A DNA stretch of 64,000 nt from Candidatus Latescibacterota bacterium (GCA_965198115.1 OZ240241.1:2560001-2624000), one strand, 5' to 3'. Numbered from the stretch's first letter, positions 52,042 to 62,902 are shown. Numbers and translations: made by a program. Notes: a model not told the origin generated them from the sequence alone.

Positions 52042-53041
52042 TCAGCTTCGCTTCACACTCCCATATTTCAGCATCGCGATCAGCGCAGAATCGTCCACAT
52101 CCAGCGGCAACGTCACCTTCCCTCGTCTTCGACTCGATTCGTAAGTCGAGAAAATCAGTTCCGTCGCCGCCAACGCCTTCCGACCCGCCAATTCTGGCTC
52201 ACGCTCGGTCTTGATCGCATCGACCAGATCCAATACGGAACATACGGTTGCGTCCTCGTGCGGAACGATTCCCGATAGCTTCGGCGTTTCCCACTTGCCT
52301 TTTGCGAGCACGCGAACCTGCGCATCCTTTTGACCCGCCGGATCTCGACCATCCCCTCCGTGCCGATGATACGGTTCACATTCTCCTTCAAGCCGACGCC
52401 GCCGGTCGCGAGCAGACCTTCGCGATCGTTCTCGTACCGAATCCAGGACAATCCGCTTCCCTCGCAAGGTGTCCCAAAGATGTCTTTCGTTCCTTCCCCA
52501 TCGATCTGTCCTATCACCCATTCGGCCGGTTTGTCGTCATTGTAGAAAAAGAAAGTGGGTTCCCCAATCGAACAGATTCGAACAGGACGCCTCGAATCGA
52601 TAGATCTCCCCGATCGCCCCCGACTTCGCAATCTCCTTCCCTTTCACGAACTGCGCGGCAAAGCGGCGTTGATGGCAGAACGTGATCGTCACCCCGTTGT
52701 CGTCACACGCCTTGATGATCGCCTTCGCATCGCCCCAGGTCGTCGCCATCGGTTTTTCGCTATGGATCGCCTTCACACCGGACGCCACAACCGCCTCGAT
52801 CATCTCCCGGTGCAACCCCGTCCAGGTGCACACGCTGACGATGTCCAGCTGCTCCTTCTCCAGTATATTAGGATAGTCGTCATATCCGCGCCACATCGAA
52901 CTTGCCCACGAACTCGGTCCGGCTCTCCTCGAATGGATCCGCACACGCAACAATCGTCACGTCATCCGCTGCCGTATAACCTCGCGCGTGTCCGCGTCCT
53001 CGACCACCGCACCCGATCACACCTGCCCTTAGCCTTGCCGT
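52042..53041 (-). pseudogene. degraded Gfo/Idh/MocA oxidoreductase
   Basis: Begins ACG-ARLRAGVIGCGG; fragments DIVSVCTW..HSEKPMA..HQRRF..WGTH, FYNDD..IGTEG and ELIFSTYESSR lie in different frames (at least three breaks). Confidence 0.8.
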
Positions 53042-53067
53042 CTTTCCCCTTCCTTGAATTCAACGAC

Positions 53068-53910
53068 TCAGGCGATGGCCTCTTCGCCAAGATGCTCTTC
53101 CATCCAGAGCTTCAGCGGAACATCCACGTCCTCGGGTGAAGTGAACCCGAAATTCCCCGTCGGCGCGTGATGAAACAGCTGCTTCTGGATGTCGTCCAAC
53201 TCGTCCCAATAGTCGGTGATCGTGCACTCGTCACGTGGGCGAAGCCAGCGGTAGCTGTAGCCGTAGAAGATGACCTTTCTCGGCTCAGTCCAATGATTGG
53301 CGCTCGCCGAGTGCCACAGTCGACGATCGAAAATCGCGGCCGAGCCCTTCGGCGCGAGCACGGGCATCGATTCTCGAACGTTGCGTGTCCGATCTCCGTC
53401 CGGCCACTCCACCACGTCCTGTAGCTGGCTCCCCGGAATCACATGAAAGTTGCCACGCCCCGGTTCGCTCGTATCGCTCAAGAAATATGCCACCTTGATC
53501 GACAGTCTCGGTCTGGGGCTCGTCTCCATCTCGTGATTGACACGTGCCGTATCCTGATGCCAGCGTAGCCCGATACCGACGTCACTGTCCGGCGGCTCCG
53601 GGCGCGTCACGTTCAAGTGGTAAATCTGGATGTTCCAACCGAGGATCCCGAACACCTTCGCGAATGTCTTTGGATACGTGATGAGGTCAACGAAAGCTTC
53701 GTCCCGACCGATGAAGTCCCGCACACTCATCTTTCCGTGTTGATCCAGACCCCGTGATTCGCGCTCCTCGGCATCAATACGATCCACGGCCTCCGTCAGC
53801 CGATCGATCCGGTCTTCGGTCAGCACATCTTCTAGAATCAGAACGCCATTCTTCTCGAACTCCAGTCTTTCGAAATCTGTCAGTTGGTAGTCCAGACAGG
53901 CAGTATCCAT
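53068..53910 (-). CDS. phytanoyl-CoA dioxygenase (PhyH) family protein
   Basis: FEKNG.L, WHQD, VIPGS, FDRRLWHS, RK. Confidence 0.9.
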   Translation of the reverse strand: MDTACLDYQLTDFERLEFEKNGVLILEDVLTEDRIDRLTEAVDRIDAEERESRGLDQHGKMSVRDFIGRDEAFVDLITYPKTFAKVFGILGWNIQIYHLNVTRPEPPDSDVGIGLRWHQDTARVNHEMETSPRPRLSIKVAYFLSDTSEPGRGNFHVIPGSQLQDVVEWPDGDRTRNVRESMPVLAPKGSAAIFDRRLWHSASANHWTEPRKVIFYGYSYRWLRPRDECTITDYWDELDDIQKQLFHHAPTGNFGFTSPEDVDVPLKLWMEEHLGEEAIA

Positions 53911-53942
53911 CTTGACCTCCTGACGAAAGGTGGACCGCTCCG

Positions 53943-55172
53943 TTAGGCATTCGCGATTCGCGGGTTCGGGCGACTGAACGACCCCGGCACATACGGAAAC
54001 GCCTTTTCCACATCGTCAATCAGCTCGACCCCGTAGCCCGGCTTGTCGGGCAAGGACATAATTCCGTTCTCCACCGTCAGCGGCTCTTTGAAGATGCCTT
54101 CTTTCAGCGGATTGCATGTCTGATTCAGCTCACAGTATTCGCGGTTGGGGATGGCCGCGACGAAGTGCGCGTTGGCCATCGTCGTACCGCCACCGTGCCA
54201 GTTGTGCGGGATACTCGTGATGCCATGCAGATGTGCCATCCGAGCGATCGTCCAGTTCTCCAGGACGCCGGTCACGTTACAGTCGGTCTGCACGATGTCC
54301 AGAGCACGGCGGTCCAGCCATTCCTGCGTTTCGAAGCGATCGATGAAGCGCTCACCTCCCGACACGCGCACGGTGGGCATCGCCTCCTTCAACCGCAAGA
54401 ACAGCTCGATGTGTTCGAGTTGAGTACCTCCGAACGCCTCCTCGAACCAATAGAACCCGAGGTCTTCGAGAACCGGCGCGAAGTCGGTAATGATCGCTTC
54501 GAGGGATCCAAGGCTCGTCCCCAAACCTTCGTGCATCAGCCTGAAATCGGGCCCGACGGCTTCGCGCAGGCGCCGCAAGATCGGGACGTATCGATCGAAC
54601 GTCATTCCGGCGTGCGTCCAATCTGTCCCGGGGCGAAATTTGAAGGCGTCGTAGCCCTCCTCTTTGTAACGCAGCGCTTCCTCGATCAGAAACCGATCGC
54701 CATCGGCATACCACTCGTGCTCGACGCCCGCGCTCGCGTAAATCTTGATGTTCCGCTCGGGCTGTCCATCCGTGCAGAGAACTTCATAGACAGGCTTGTC
54801 CAATGACTTGCCGATGAGGTCCCAGCACGCAGTCTCAATCCCCGCCCAGGGCGCCCGGTTGTGGCGAGAGTCGGTCCCGCGGTTCGCCAGGAATTCCACA
54901 TCGAACGGATTCTTTCCAATCAGAAGGGGTCGAATCGTCTCTTCGGTGTACGACTTGATCTCCGCAGGATTTTCGTAGGGCGTACCCTCGCCGGTGCCCA
55001 CCAACCCTTCATTCGTGAAAATCTGGGTGATGGCCCCGTCTGTCTTCCATACCTGATAGGTCGCGCATCGCCACAGATTCTTGTCCGGGTCCACGTAGGA
55101 CAGGGGCAATACCCGAACATCACGAATCGTCAGCTTCTGTCGTTCGATCCCGTCGAGAGGATGGTTCCGCAT
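53943..55172 (-). CDS. mandelate racemase/muconate lactonizing enzyme family protein
   Basis: GIETACWDLIGK, FKFR, LMHE, WFEE, SGGE, PHNW, PGYGV. Confidence 0.88.
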   Translation of the reverse strand: MRNHPLDGIERQKLTIRDVRVLPLSYVDPDKNLWRCATYQVWKTDGAITQIFTNEGLVGTGEGTPYENPAEIKSYTEETIRPLLIGKNPFDVEFLANRGTDSRHNRAPWAGIETACWDLIGKSLDKPVYEVLCTDGQPERNIKIYASAGVEHEWYADGDRFLIEEALRYKEEGYDAFKFRPGTDWTHAGMTFDRYVPILRRLREAVGPDFRLMHEGLGTSLGSLEAIITDFAPVLEDLGFYWFEEAFGGTQLEHIELFLRLKEAMPTVRVSGGERFIDRFETQEWLDRRALDIVQTDCNVTGVLENWTIARMAHLHGITSIPHNWHGGGTTMANAHFVAAIPNREYCELNQTCNPLKEGIFKEPLTVENGIMSLPDKPGYGVELIDDVEKAFPYVPGSFSRPNPRIANA

Positions 55173-55374
55173 CAACTGCTCCCTATCATCACGACAAGTC
55201 AGTGGCCACGAAGGTAATCTCTTGCCAGTCTCCTGCTCGGAGTGAAGCTTAGTTGCCGAGATGATCGCCACGGACCCACAAGGAATGCCCTCAAGTGGCG
55301 GGGCACAACCACCTCGCGTAGGGGTAGGCGCGACGTCCCGCAGACGCAGGGTGCCAGATCGAAGGGAGATGACT

Positions 55375-56031
55375 ATGGCAGGTGAGGATCTCAAACAGAA
55401 AATTCGTGATGGAAAGGCCATCAAGTCGGCTGGGGTACCGATCACCGCAACCAAGGGCGATCTGGAGAATGCACTCGAAGACGGTCCCATCGATCTGTTT
55501 CGCATCGACTGCCAGCACGGGCCATACAGCGAGATCCATCTGATGGAGATCTGTCTCGCAGCCAAAGATCTGGATGTGCCCGTCGGCATTCGCATGAAAC
55601 ATAACCGTCTTGCGTTCATGATTGGCGTGATACTCGATCTGGGCCCCCTGCTGATCCAGGTTCCCCAGGTGGAAGATGAGGAGACCGTTAATGAAGCCCT
55701 GAATGCGTTCTATTACTCACCGGTCGGCAAGCGTGGTTGGGGTGGGACTGCACAGACCCGCTACGGGCTCGAGGGCCACGAGGATCAGGACGACTACGTG
55801 GAGTACTGGAACACGCACGGCGTCCTTACGATTCAGCTCGAGTCAGTCAACGCCATAACGAATGCACGACACCTGGCCAAACCCGGCGTCGATGCGCTCG
55901 TTTTCGGGCCGAATGACCTCAAGTTGGACCTAAAACGTTATCCGAATCATCCGTTCAAGACGGCTGACGAATGCATCGCTCACGTGGAAGAGCAGATGAA
56001 GGGGAGTGATGTCCGGGTGGGGCTGGGATAG
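55375..56031 (+). CDS. HpcH/HpaI aldolase family protein
   Basis: IDCQHGP, LDLG..PQVE, P.GKRGWG, IQLES, FGPNDL. Confidence 0.85.
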   Translation: MAGEDLKQKIRDGKAIKSAGVPITATKGDLENALEDGPIDLFRIDCQHGPYSEIHLMEICLAAKDLDVPVGIRMKHNRLAFMIGVILDLGPLLIQVPQVEDEETVNEALNAFYYSPVGKRGWGGTAQTRYGLEGHEDQDDYVEYWNTHGVLTIQLESVNAITNARHLAKPGVDALVFGPNDLKLDLKRYPNHPFKTADECIAHVEEQMKGSDVRVGLG

Positions 56032-56045
56032 CGAGGGGCGTAGTG

Positions 56046-57554
56046 ATGGCCGATCGACCCAATATCCTCTTCATCATCTCAGACCAGATGGTCGCTGCGC
56101 TGACGGGCGCGTACGGGCACCCGGTCGTAAAGACGCCACACCTGGAGCGCCTTGCCGAACAGGGCGTTCGCTTCGACTCCGCCTACACACCGTTTCCGCT
56201 CTGCTCTCCCGGTCGAGCCTGCGTGATGACCGGCCGTCACGCATCGGAGATTGGCGCGTGGGATAACGGCGCTCTCCTCGCGGCCGATCAAGTGACCTTT
56301 GCCCACTACCTCTCCAACGCCGGATACGACACCGTCCTGTCGGGCAAGATGCATTTCGTCGGGCCCGATCAGCTACACGGGTTCCAGCGTCGCCTGACCA
56401 CCGACATCTATTCGTGTCACTTCAACTGGGTGAAACCCGAGTGGATCCGCATCAAGGAAACGAAGGGACGAGATTGCGAGGAGGTGATGGCCGACCGGGC
56501 CTCCTACAACGCCAGGGGATACACGGGCGATGCCGTCCGCATCGACGAGTGGCACAACGCGCTCAGCTATGACGAGGAAGTCCACTTCCGGTCGATCGAG
56601 TTCCTTCGCTCGAAGGCACGGAAACCGGAGGATGGACCCTTCCTTCTCTGCGCATCCTATCACCACCCCCACGAACCGTTTCTACCTCCGCAGGAATATT
56701 GGGATCTCTACGAAGGCGAAGAAATCGCAATCCCCGACTTTCCTGACAACCTGGACGACACCTACTCGCTCCTCGACAGGAACCTCAACGCCTATCACGG
56801 AACGCGAAGGTATGATCTCCGCGATCCGGATGGTCTACGTCGACTGCGGAGGGCGTATTATGGTCTGACCACGTATATGGATCGAAAAGTGGGCGAATTA
56901 CTCGACGTGCTCGACGAGACGGGTCTGGCGGACGACACGGTCGTGGTCTTCGCGAGCGATCACGGTGATATGCTCTGTGAGAAGGAGATGGTGCAGAAGC
57001 GATGTTTTTACGAGCCGTCCTGCCAGGTGCCATTCATCGTCCGCTTTCCAGACGGATGGAAGGGTGGGACAACCACACAAATGCCCGTCTCGCTGATCGA
57101 CCTTCTGCCGACGTTCTGCGAGCTGGCAGGCGAAGAAGCATCCTTACCGCACGACGGCGACAGCCTGATCGGCCTGCTCGAGAACGAGGATAACAATCGA
57201 TTGGTCTTCGCTCAGGCGCACGAGGCCGTGGGCGGCCCGTGTCTGATGGCGAGGCAGGGGTCGTACAAATACAACTACATCCACGGGGACGAGGACCAGC
57301 TGTTCGAGATTCATAATGATCCAGGCGAGTGGAACAATCTGATCGTCAGCGAGAATCACGCCGAGATCGCTTCAGATCTCCGTGGTAGGATCCTGGATCG
57401 TTTCGATCCGGACAGTATGGCGACGGAAAACCTGGAGAGCCTCTACCGTCGTGCCTACATCCACCTCGCAATGACGGCGAATGACACATACTGGGATCAC
57501 TTCCCCAACTTCGATGCTCGGAAGGGCGCGCTGGATCAGTATCTGTCTTCGTAA
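56046..57554 (+). CDS. betC: choline-sulfatase-like sulfatase
   Basis: PNILFIISDQ, LCSPGR, SGKMHFVGPDQLHGF..RLTTDIY (BetC-like), SDHGDML, C-terminal WDHFP. Confidence 0.75.
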   Translation: MADRPNILFIISDQMVAALTGAYGHPVVKTPHLERLAEQGVRFDSAYTPFPLCSPGRACVMTGRHASEIGAWDNGALLAADQVTFAHYLSNAGYDTVLSGKMHFVGPDQLHGFQRRLTTDIYSCHFNWVKPEWIRIKETKGRDCEEVMADRASYNARGYTGDAVRIDEWHNALSYDEEVHFRSIEFLRSKARKPEDGPFLLCASYHHPHEPFLPPQEYWDLYEGEEIAIPDFPDNLDDTYSLLDRNLNAYHGTRRYDLRDPDGLRRLRRAYYGLTTYMDRKVGELLDVLDETGLADDTVVVFASDHGDMLCEKEMVQKRCFYEPSCQVPFIVRFPDGWKGGTTTQMPVSLIDLLPTFCELAGEEASLPHDGDSLIGLLENEDNNRLVFAQAHEAVGGPCLMARQGSYKYNYIHGDEDQLFEIHNDPGEWNNLIVSENHAEIASDLRGRILDRFDPDSMATENLESLYRRAYIHLAMTANDTYWDHFPNFDARKGALDQYLSS

Positions 57555-57606
57555 GCTGTGATTACGAAATGTTGAGCCTACTCTAAACCGCTCCAGAGGA
57601 TGTGAA

Positions 57607-58970
57607 TTGAGTAAGCTGCCGTATCGTGTCGTTTACGACGAAGACAGCGTGCATTTCTTCAACAAGCGGTTGTCCGAATCCGCCACTCCGAAACACCTCG
57701 ATAGACTGGTGGACGAGGCTGTCGATGGAAGCGCGGATCTCTTCTTGCAATGTGCGTGCTATCACCGGGTCTTCTATCCGAGCGAGGTCTGGGACCCGGT
57801 ATGGGCAGAATTCGACAAGCACGGAACGAACTACGGGAAGGACAGCTGGTTAGCAGTCGCTGAGCAGATGTCGAGATTGAACGCGGCTGGCTGTGATTTT
57901 CTTCATCGGATTCTCGATCGATGCAAGACTCGTGAGATCGCCTGCGGCGTTACGATTCGGATGGACGATCTACACTTCCGGGGGCCGCAGACGCTGGGTG
58001 AGCATACCGACAATGCCAGGCTGGAAGCGCTCTACAAGAATACCGACCTGTATCTGTCTCATCCAGACGACATCCGCCACGGGGGTCGGTTCGCGTTCGA
58101 CTATGAGTGTCCCGAGGTCCGCGAGCACTACCTTGCCCTCATCCGCGAGCTCCTCGATCGGTACAACATTCGATGTCCTCGATCTGGACTTCGTGCGTCA
58201 CCCTCCGTTTTTCGACCGAGAAAATGTCAAAGACCCTTGCCGGATGATGACAAGTTTTCTCGAAGAAGTGCACCGGCTGGGAAGCGCCCGTGGACGCGTT
58301 TCGCTCCCTCGTCGGTCCGGATGTGTCCATCTACGCGGGGACCGAGCGCCAGGCGGGGAGGACCGTCCTCGAGAGTTCGGAAGCTGACGGATCGGTCGAA
58401 GCGTCGGCAACCCTCTGGACCAGGGAGATGTTTCGGGGGTTCGCGGCCGCTCACCTGGCGAACGGCGCCGACGGCGTTTACCTGTTCAACTTCTTCATCG
58501 GAAACACCAACCTCTTCGACGTCCTGGCAGAAATGAGGTCGCTCGAACAGTTGCGTGGAAAGGCGAAGACCTACCGCATCACATCCTACGGCGCAACCCA
58601 TAACGTGGAGGGAGACCTGCCGATGCAGGTTCCGGTTGTCGTTCCCTCGCTCGAAGCACGAAGGTTCGACCTGCTCCTGTCATCCGAACACGAGGCGATG
58701 GATGTGGAGGTTCACATCATTCTGGATCGCGGGACCGATCCGAACAGTTTGTGGTTGCAGGTGAACGACACCCCAACCGGTCACGCCGAGAGGATGAGTG
58801 GCGAGCCCGGTGAGAAGACCTACTCGTGGTGGGACATTCTCGATGGGGTGAGCACGGCGATCTACCGGACCTCCACTCGAGTGCTAAAGGACGGTCGAAA
58901 CCAGATCGTCTTCAGGAACGAAAGCAGCGTGCCTCTCACAGTCCTCGGTGTGGCTGTCCTCGTGCGCTGA
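57607..58970 (+). pseudogene. glycoside hydrolase-like TIM-barrel protein, fragmented
   Basis: RVVYDED, TIRMDDLH, FDYECPEVR then LDLDFVRHP and GADGVYLFNF in other frames; breaks near 58168 and 58285. Family call is tentative. Confidence 0.6.
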
Positions 58971-59009
58971 CGATTGCCGTCGGACGTCACTCCCGTGACT
59001 GGTGTAGAT

Positions 59010-60299
59010 TCAGACTTCTCCCGCCTCCCGCCGCTTCACCATTTCGATCAGGCACAGGTCCGCCAGATCCACGCCAAGTGTATCGTCGATCACCTCCGCG
59101 TGTCGTTTGAGAAGATGCGCGAGTTCATCGATCACATCCGTGTAAGGCGGGAAGTGCAGATATTGGTTGTGTCCGTCCTCTCGCGGCGTCTTGTAGACGT
59201 TCAGTTCCTCTTCCGGGTCATTGACAAGATCGTAGAGCTCGTGAAGACCCATATACTTCCTCAACCCGCTCACCGGTCTCGTCAGGACGAGCTTCCACTC
59301 CTTCGTCCGGATGCACCGCTGCTCGGTGCGCGTGTCCCGGACGACGTTTTCCGTGTAATACGCATCCCGCCAATCGACCTCTTCCCCTTTCGTCAGAGGC
59401 ACGAGGCTTCGTCCGTGAAGATGATCGGGAATCTCCAGCCCTGCCCATTCCAGCACCGACGGCATCAAGTCCTGTAACCCGACGAACTCATCTATCGTCG
59501 TCCCGGGTACGATCTGTCCAGGCCAGCCGATGACCATCGGAACCTTAATCGAGTCCTCGTGGCACGTGAACTTGTGGTCGGAGCCACGATACGAGAAGTG
59601 ATCGCCGTGATCCGAGTAGTAAACGACGATCGTCTCCTCACACAGCCCCAACTCGTCGAGCGCCTCGATCAATCGCCCGACATTGTGGTCGATCGCACTG
59701 ACCGCCGCGTAGTAGCCGGCGTAGGGCACACCCTTGTCGCGATACGGATCGTAGAATCGTTTGGGTGCCGTATAGGGATCGTGAGGCGGATAGTAGCCAT
59801 TCACGGCGAAAAACGGTTTCCCGCTCCCGGCCTGCTCCTCAATGAAAGCGATCATCTGGTCCGTTTGCAGGTCGGGCTTGTAGACGCCGTCACGCTTGTT
59901 GTCGACCCAGTGTCCACCGAGCGAATTCCATCCCTCCCACACGTCGAACATCCCTGGGTCCTTCTCACCCAGATGCCACTTCCCGAAGTAGGCCGTCGTG
60001 TATCCCGAGTCGCGCATCGACTCGAAAACGGTGCGCTGCTCGTGCGACGTCTCCTTCAGCAGATTGTCCATCCCGTAGGTATTGTAGATCACCTGGTGCG
60101 CGTGTGGATACACACCCGTCCACATCGTGGCTCGTGCGGGTGTACACACCGGCCACGGCGTAAAGCTGTTCATGCAGTTCGCCCCACCAGCTGCCAGCCG
60201 GTCCACATTCGGCGTTTCCACGAACGTGTTCCCGTTGCACCCCAGACTGTCCCAGCGCTGTTGGTCGGTCATCAGCAGAATGATGTTGGGTCGTGGCAT
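59010..60299 (-). CDS. sulfatase-like hydrolase
   Basis: PNIILLMTDQQR, VCTPAR, GKWHLG, PPHDP, SDHG, ELYDL..DP.E. Confidence 0.93.
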   Translation of the reverse strand: MPRPNIILLMTDQQRWDSLGCNGNTFVETPNVDRLAAGGANCMNSFTPWPVCTPARATMWTGVYPHAHQVIYNTYGMDNLLKETSHEQRTVFESMRDSGYTTAYFGKWHLGEKDPGMFDVWEGWNSLGGHWVDNKRDGVYKPDLQTDQMIAFIEEQAGSGKPFFAVNGYYPPHDPYTAPKRFYDPYRDKGVPYAGYYAAVSAIDHNVGRLIEALDELGLCEETIVVYYSDHGDHFSYRGSDHKFTCHEDSIKVPMVIGWPGQIVPGTTIDEFVGLQDLMPSVLEWAGLEIPDHLHGRSLVPLTKGEEVDWRDAYYTENVVRDTRTEQRCIRTKEWKLVLTRPVSGLRKYMGLHELYDLVNDPEEELNVYKTPREDGHNQYLHFPPYTDVIDELAHLLKRHAEVIDDTLGVDLADLCLIEMVKRREAGEV

Positions 60300-60309
60300 A
60301 ATCTCCCTT

Positions 60310-61245
60310 TCACTGCTTGAGCGCGTCGTCGGGTAGAAAGGCGTGAACACCCCGCGTCCCGTTGACGATCTGCGTGATGCTCAGATCCACGACGAGACTG
60401 GCCAGCGCGAGCGCTTCCGCCCTTTCCAAGCTGTGCTCGTCGCACATCAGATCGAGCATCGAGTTCAGCGCGATCATCGTCGCTTCGTTCAGGTCTTCGT
60501 GGAGCCCCATCGTCAGCCATCCACCGTCGATACGAGCACGCGGCGTGGCGATCTGCATATCCTTTCGCACCACGAAGGTCAGGTCCACGATTTCCATCGG
60601 GCACTCGATGGCCACACCGGACACTTCCCCGTCTCCCTGCACGGCGTGACCGTCGCCCGTGGAAAAGAGGGCCCCGTCTACGGGTATGGGCAGAAAGAGC
60701 GTGGTTCCCGCAACGAGTTCCTTGCAGTCCAGATTGCCACCGGAGTTTCTCGGAGGGCCGGTCGAATGAACGCCTGACTCACCAGGAGGCATGCCCATCA
60801 CACCCATGAAAGGACGAAGAGCGACCGTGTGCCCATCCTGGCTTCGCCCGATACCCTCGTCCGCATCGAGTTTCCAGTAAAGCTTGCACTCCTCACCATC
60901 CGGGATACCCAGTTTCTCGCCTCGCCCGCCGCCTCGGCCCCCTCCTCCCCACCCCCAGATGCCTACACGAATCTCTTCGATTCGGACCTCGAGGACGTCT
61001 CCGACCGATGCGCCGCGCACCTCGACCGGTCCGCAGAGGGCGTGACCGTCGTCCTTGCCCTTTTCGCGGGGCTCAAACTTCACGGCTTCGGTGTCTTCGG
61101 AGAATCTCGGCTCGATCGTCCAGCTGGCGTCGAGCGTCTCGAATCTCACTGTATCTCCCGACTCGATCGTCAGAACAGGAGCAAGATCCGGTGAAAAGTG
61201 ACCGTGCAGGGTTCTGCGCTCGGGTACGATCGTATGGTGGCCCAT
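60310..61245 (-). CDS. acetamidase/formamidase family protein
   Basis: GDTV.FET, GHALCGPV.V.GA..GD, GGNLD, GDGHAVQGDGE..G.AIE. Confidence 0.92.
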   Translation of the reverse strand: MGHHTIVPERRTLHGHFSPDLAPVLTIESGDTVRFETLDASWTIEPRFSEDTEAVKFEPREKGKDDGHALCGPVEVRGASVGDVLEVRIEEIRVGIWGWGGGGRGGGRGEKLGIPDGEECKLYWKLDADEGIGRSQDGHTVALRPFMGVMGMPPGESGVHSTGPPRNSGGNLDCKELVAGTTLFLPIPVDGALFSTGDGHAVQGDGEVSGVAIECPMEIVDLTFVVRKDMQIATPRARIDGGWLTMGLHEDLNEATMIALNSMLDLMCDEHSLERAEALALASLVVDLSITQIVNGTRGVHAFLPDDALKQ

Positions 61246-61276
61246 TCAAGACCTCCCTGAGGTCGAATCTCTGGTC

Positions 61277-62434
61277 CTACAACTCGTGCACGATCTCCCA
61301 CGTCGTATGCTTCTCGACGTAGTCCCAGTCATAGGTGACCCCCAGACCGGGCCCCGACGGGACGGGCACACACCCGTCCTGACCGACGGCACCGGGGAAA
61401 CCGTCGAAATAGTCATCGGCGTAGATTGGCGGCTCGAACGTGGGTACGTCGGGATGCGTCCAGCCGTACTCGTAGTAATTCGTGTTTCGTGTGGCCGACA
61501 TCAGATGGCGATGCGCGGGACCCTGACCGTGATACTCGATGTCCACGCCGATCGATTCGCACGCGTGTGCAAGCTTGAGCGTCCCCGTAATGCCATCGAT
61601 CGGAGCGTCGCCTCGAACGAAATCAGTGGCTCCCGCCAGCATTGCCATCCGTTCCTGCCAGGACTTGATCTTCTCGCCCATCAATAGCGGTGTCTTGACA
61701 AACTCTTTCAATTTCTTGTGACCGAACGGCGTGACGCCGCCATCGCTGTAAGGATCCTCGTACCAGAAGTAATCGTATGCGTCGCACGCCTTACCGACTC
61801 GAATGGCGTCAGCGAGCGATCGGTAGTGGCAGTAGGAATCCATCATCAGGTCCATCTTGTCCCCGACGCGCTTACCGACTTCTTCCACGACCCTCACGTG
61901 TGACGCGACATCGGGCCACGGATGGGGATGGATCTTGAATGCCCGGACGCCGTGATCGTAGCACATCTCCGCCCAGTCTGCGAATTCCTCGATCTTCGAC
62001 ATAAAGCCCTTGGCCGCCCCGTCGATCGACGCGGGATAGACAGGCAGGCGATCTTTGTAGCCGCCGATCATCTTTCCAATCGACATCCCCGCCAGCTTCC
62101 CAGCCAGGTCCCACAAGGCGATGTCGACGAACGCCCTTGCGTTCGGATCGTTTTGCACGTGGTAAAGGCGCAGGTCGCTGGCGATTCGCTCACGCTCCAG
62201 ACCGTCCGTCCCAAGAATCGGTTTGATCGCCCCGGCAATCGCTCGCGCATTCCCGCCCTTCACGTATTCACCGATCACCCCCTCTTTCGTAACGAGTTTG
62301 AGGGCTGCGCCCGTTCGCGTCGATGTGACGTCCGGATCGAAAATCGGCTTGTTGTCCTTGCTGAAGGAAAGGCCTTTCACATCCCAAGTGAATGCGCGAA
62401 CCTCCGAGCGAACCAGCGTCGTGTCTGCGGCCAT
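61277..62434 (-). CDS. mandelate racemase/muconate lactonizing enzyme family protein
   Basis: VDIALWDLAGK, FKIH, LMMD, WYEDP, MGE, EYH, PGLG; ATG 62434 after AGGAGGAGG. Confidence 0.9.
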   Translation of the reverse strand: MAADTTLVRSEVRAFTWDVKGLSFSKDNKPIFDPDVTSTRTGAALKLVTKEGVIGEYVKGGNARAIAGAIKPILGTDGLERERIASDLRLYHVQNDPNARAFVDIALWDLAGKLAGMSIGKMIGGYKDRLPVYPASIDGAAKGFMSKIEEFADWAEMCYDHGVRAFKIHPHPWPDVASHVRVVEEVGKRVGDKMDLMMDSYCHYRSLADAIRVGKACDAYDYFWYEDPYSDGGVTPFGHKKLKEFVKTPLLMGEKIKSWQERMAMLAGATDFVRGDAPIDGITGTLKLAHACESIGVDIEYHGQGPAHRHLMSATRNTNYYEYGWTHPDVPTFEPPIYADDYFDGFPGAVGQDGCVPVPSGPGLGVTYDWDYVEKHTTWEIVHEL

Positions 62435-62617
62435 CGATCCTCCTCCTATCAGGAGCCCAACATTCCTTTGCAGCTTGCCTGGCTTGGGTAGAACAGTCGA
62501 CAGAAGCGGGCCATCGATCCACGACTGGCGAACATAAACGTTATGAGTATCAGACAGTAATTCAGCTGTCACATCAATTAATGACCGTCGATCCAGCTTT
62601 GACTAACACGGCGAGAA

Positions 62618-62863
62618 TTGGAGTCAGCATTGATTACTGCAAAGATCGGCCGACGAGGTCAGATGACATTGCCACAAGAAATTCGGGATCGCATCGAAGT
62701 AAGTGAAGGGGACAGAATCGGATTTGTGAGGCAGGGCGGGAAAACAGTCGTCGTCCCCTTGCGGCATACGCTGTTACATATGCGCGGGAGTGTGAAAGTC
62801 TCAGAGAAGGCAGGAATTCAGTACGGTTCGGAGGGAAGTCAGATATCGCCTGACGCGCGTTGA
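62618..62863 (+). CDS. AbrB/MazE/SpoVT-family DNA-binding protein (antitoxin-like)
   Basis: AKIGRRGQMTLPQEIRDRIEVSEGDRI swapped-hairpin motif. Confidence 0.8.
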   Translation: MESALITAKIGRRGQMTLPQEIRDRIEVSEGDRIGFVRQGGKTVVVPLRHTLLHMRGSVKVSEKAGIQYGSEGSQISPDAR

Positions 62864-62902
62864 GGGATAGTAGGTGCTCTCGCCGACACATAGGAGCTCG
62901 TC

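Noticed and set aside
62521-62560. ZTP (pfl) riboswitch-like core GACTGGCGAA
   Set aside because: Lacks the P1 stem and downstream CGCCTGGG pseudoknot partner; the context is not purine or folate related.
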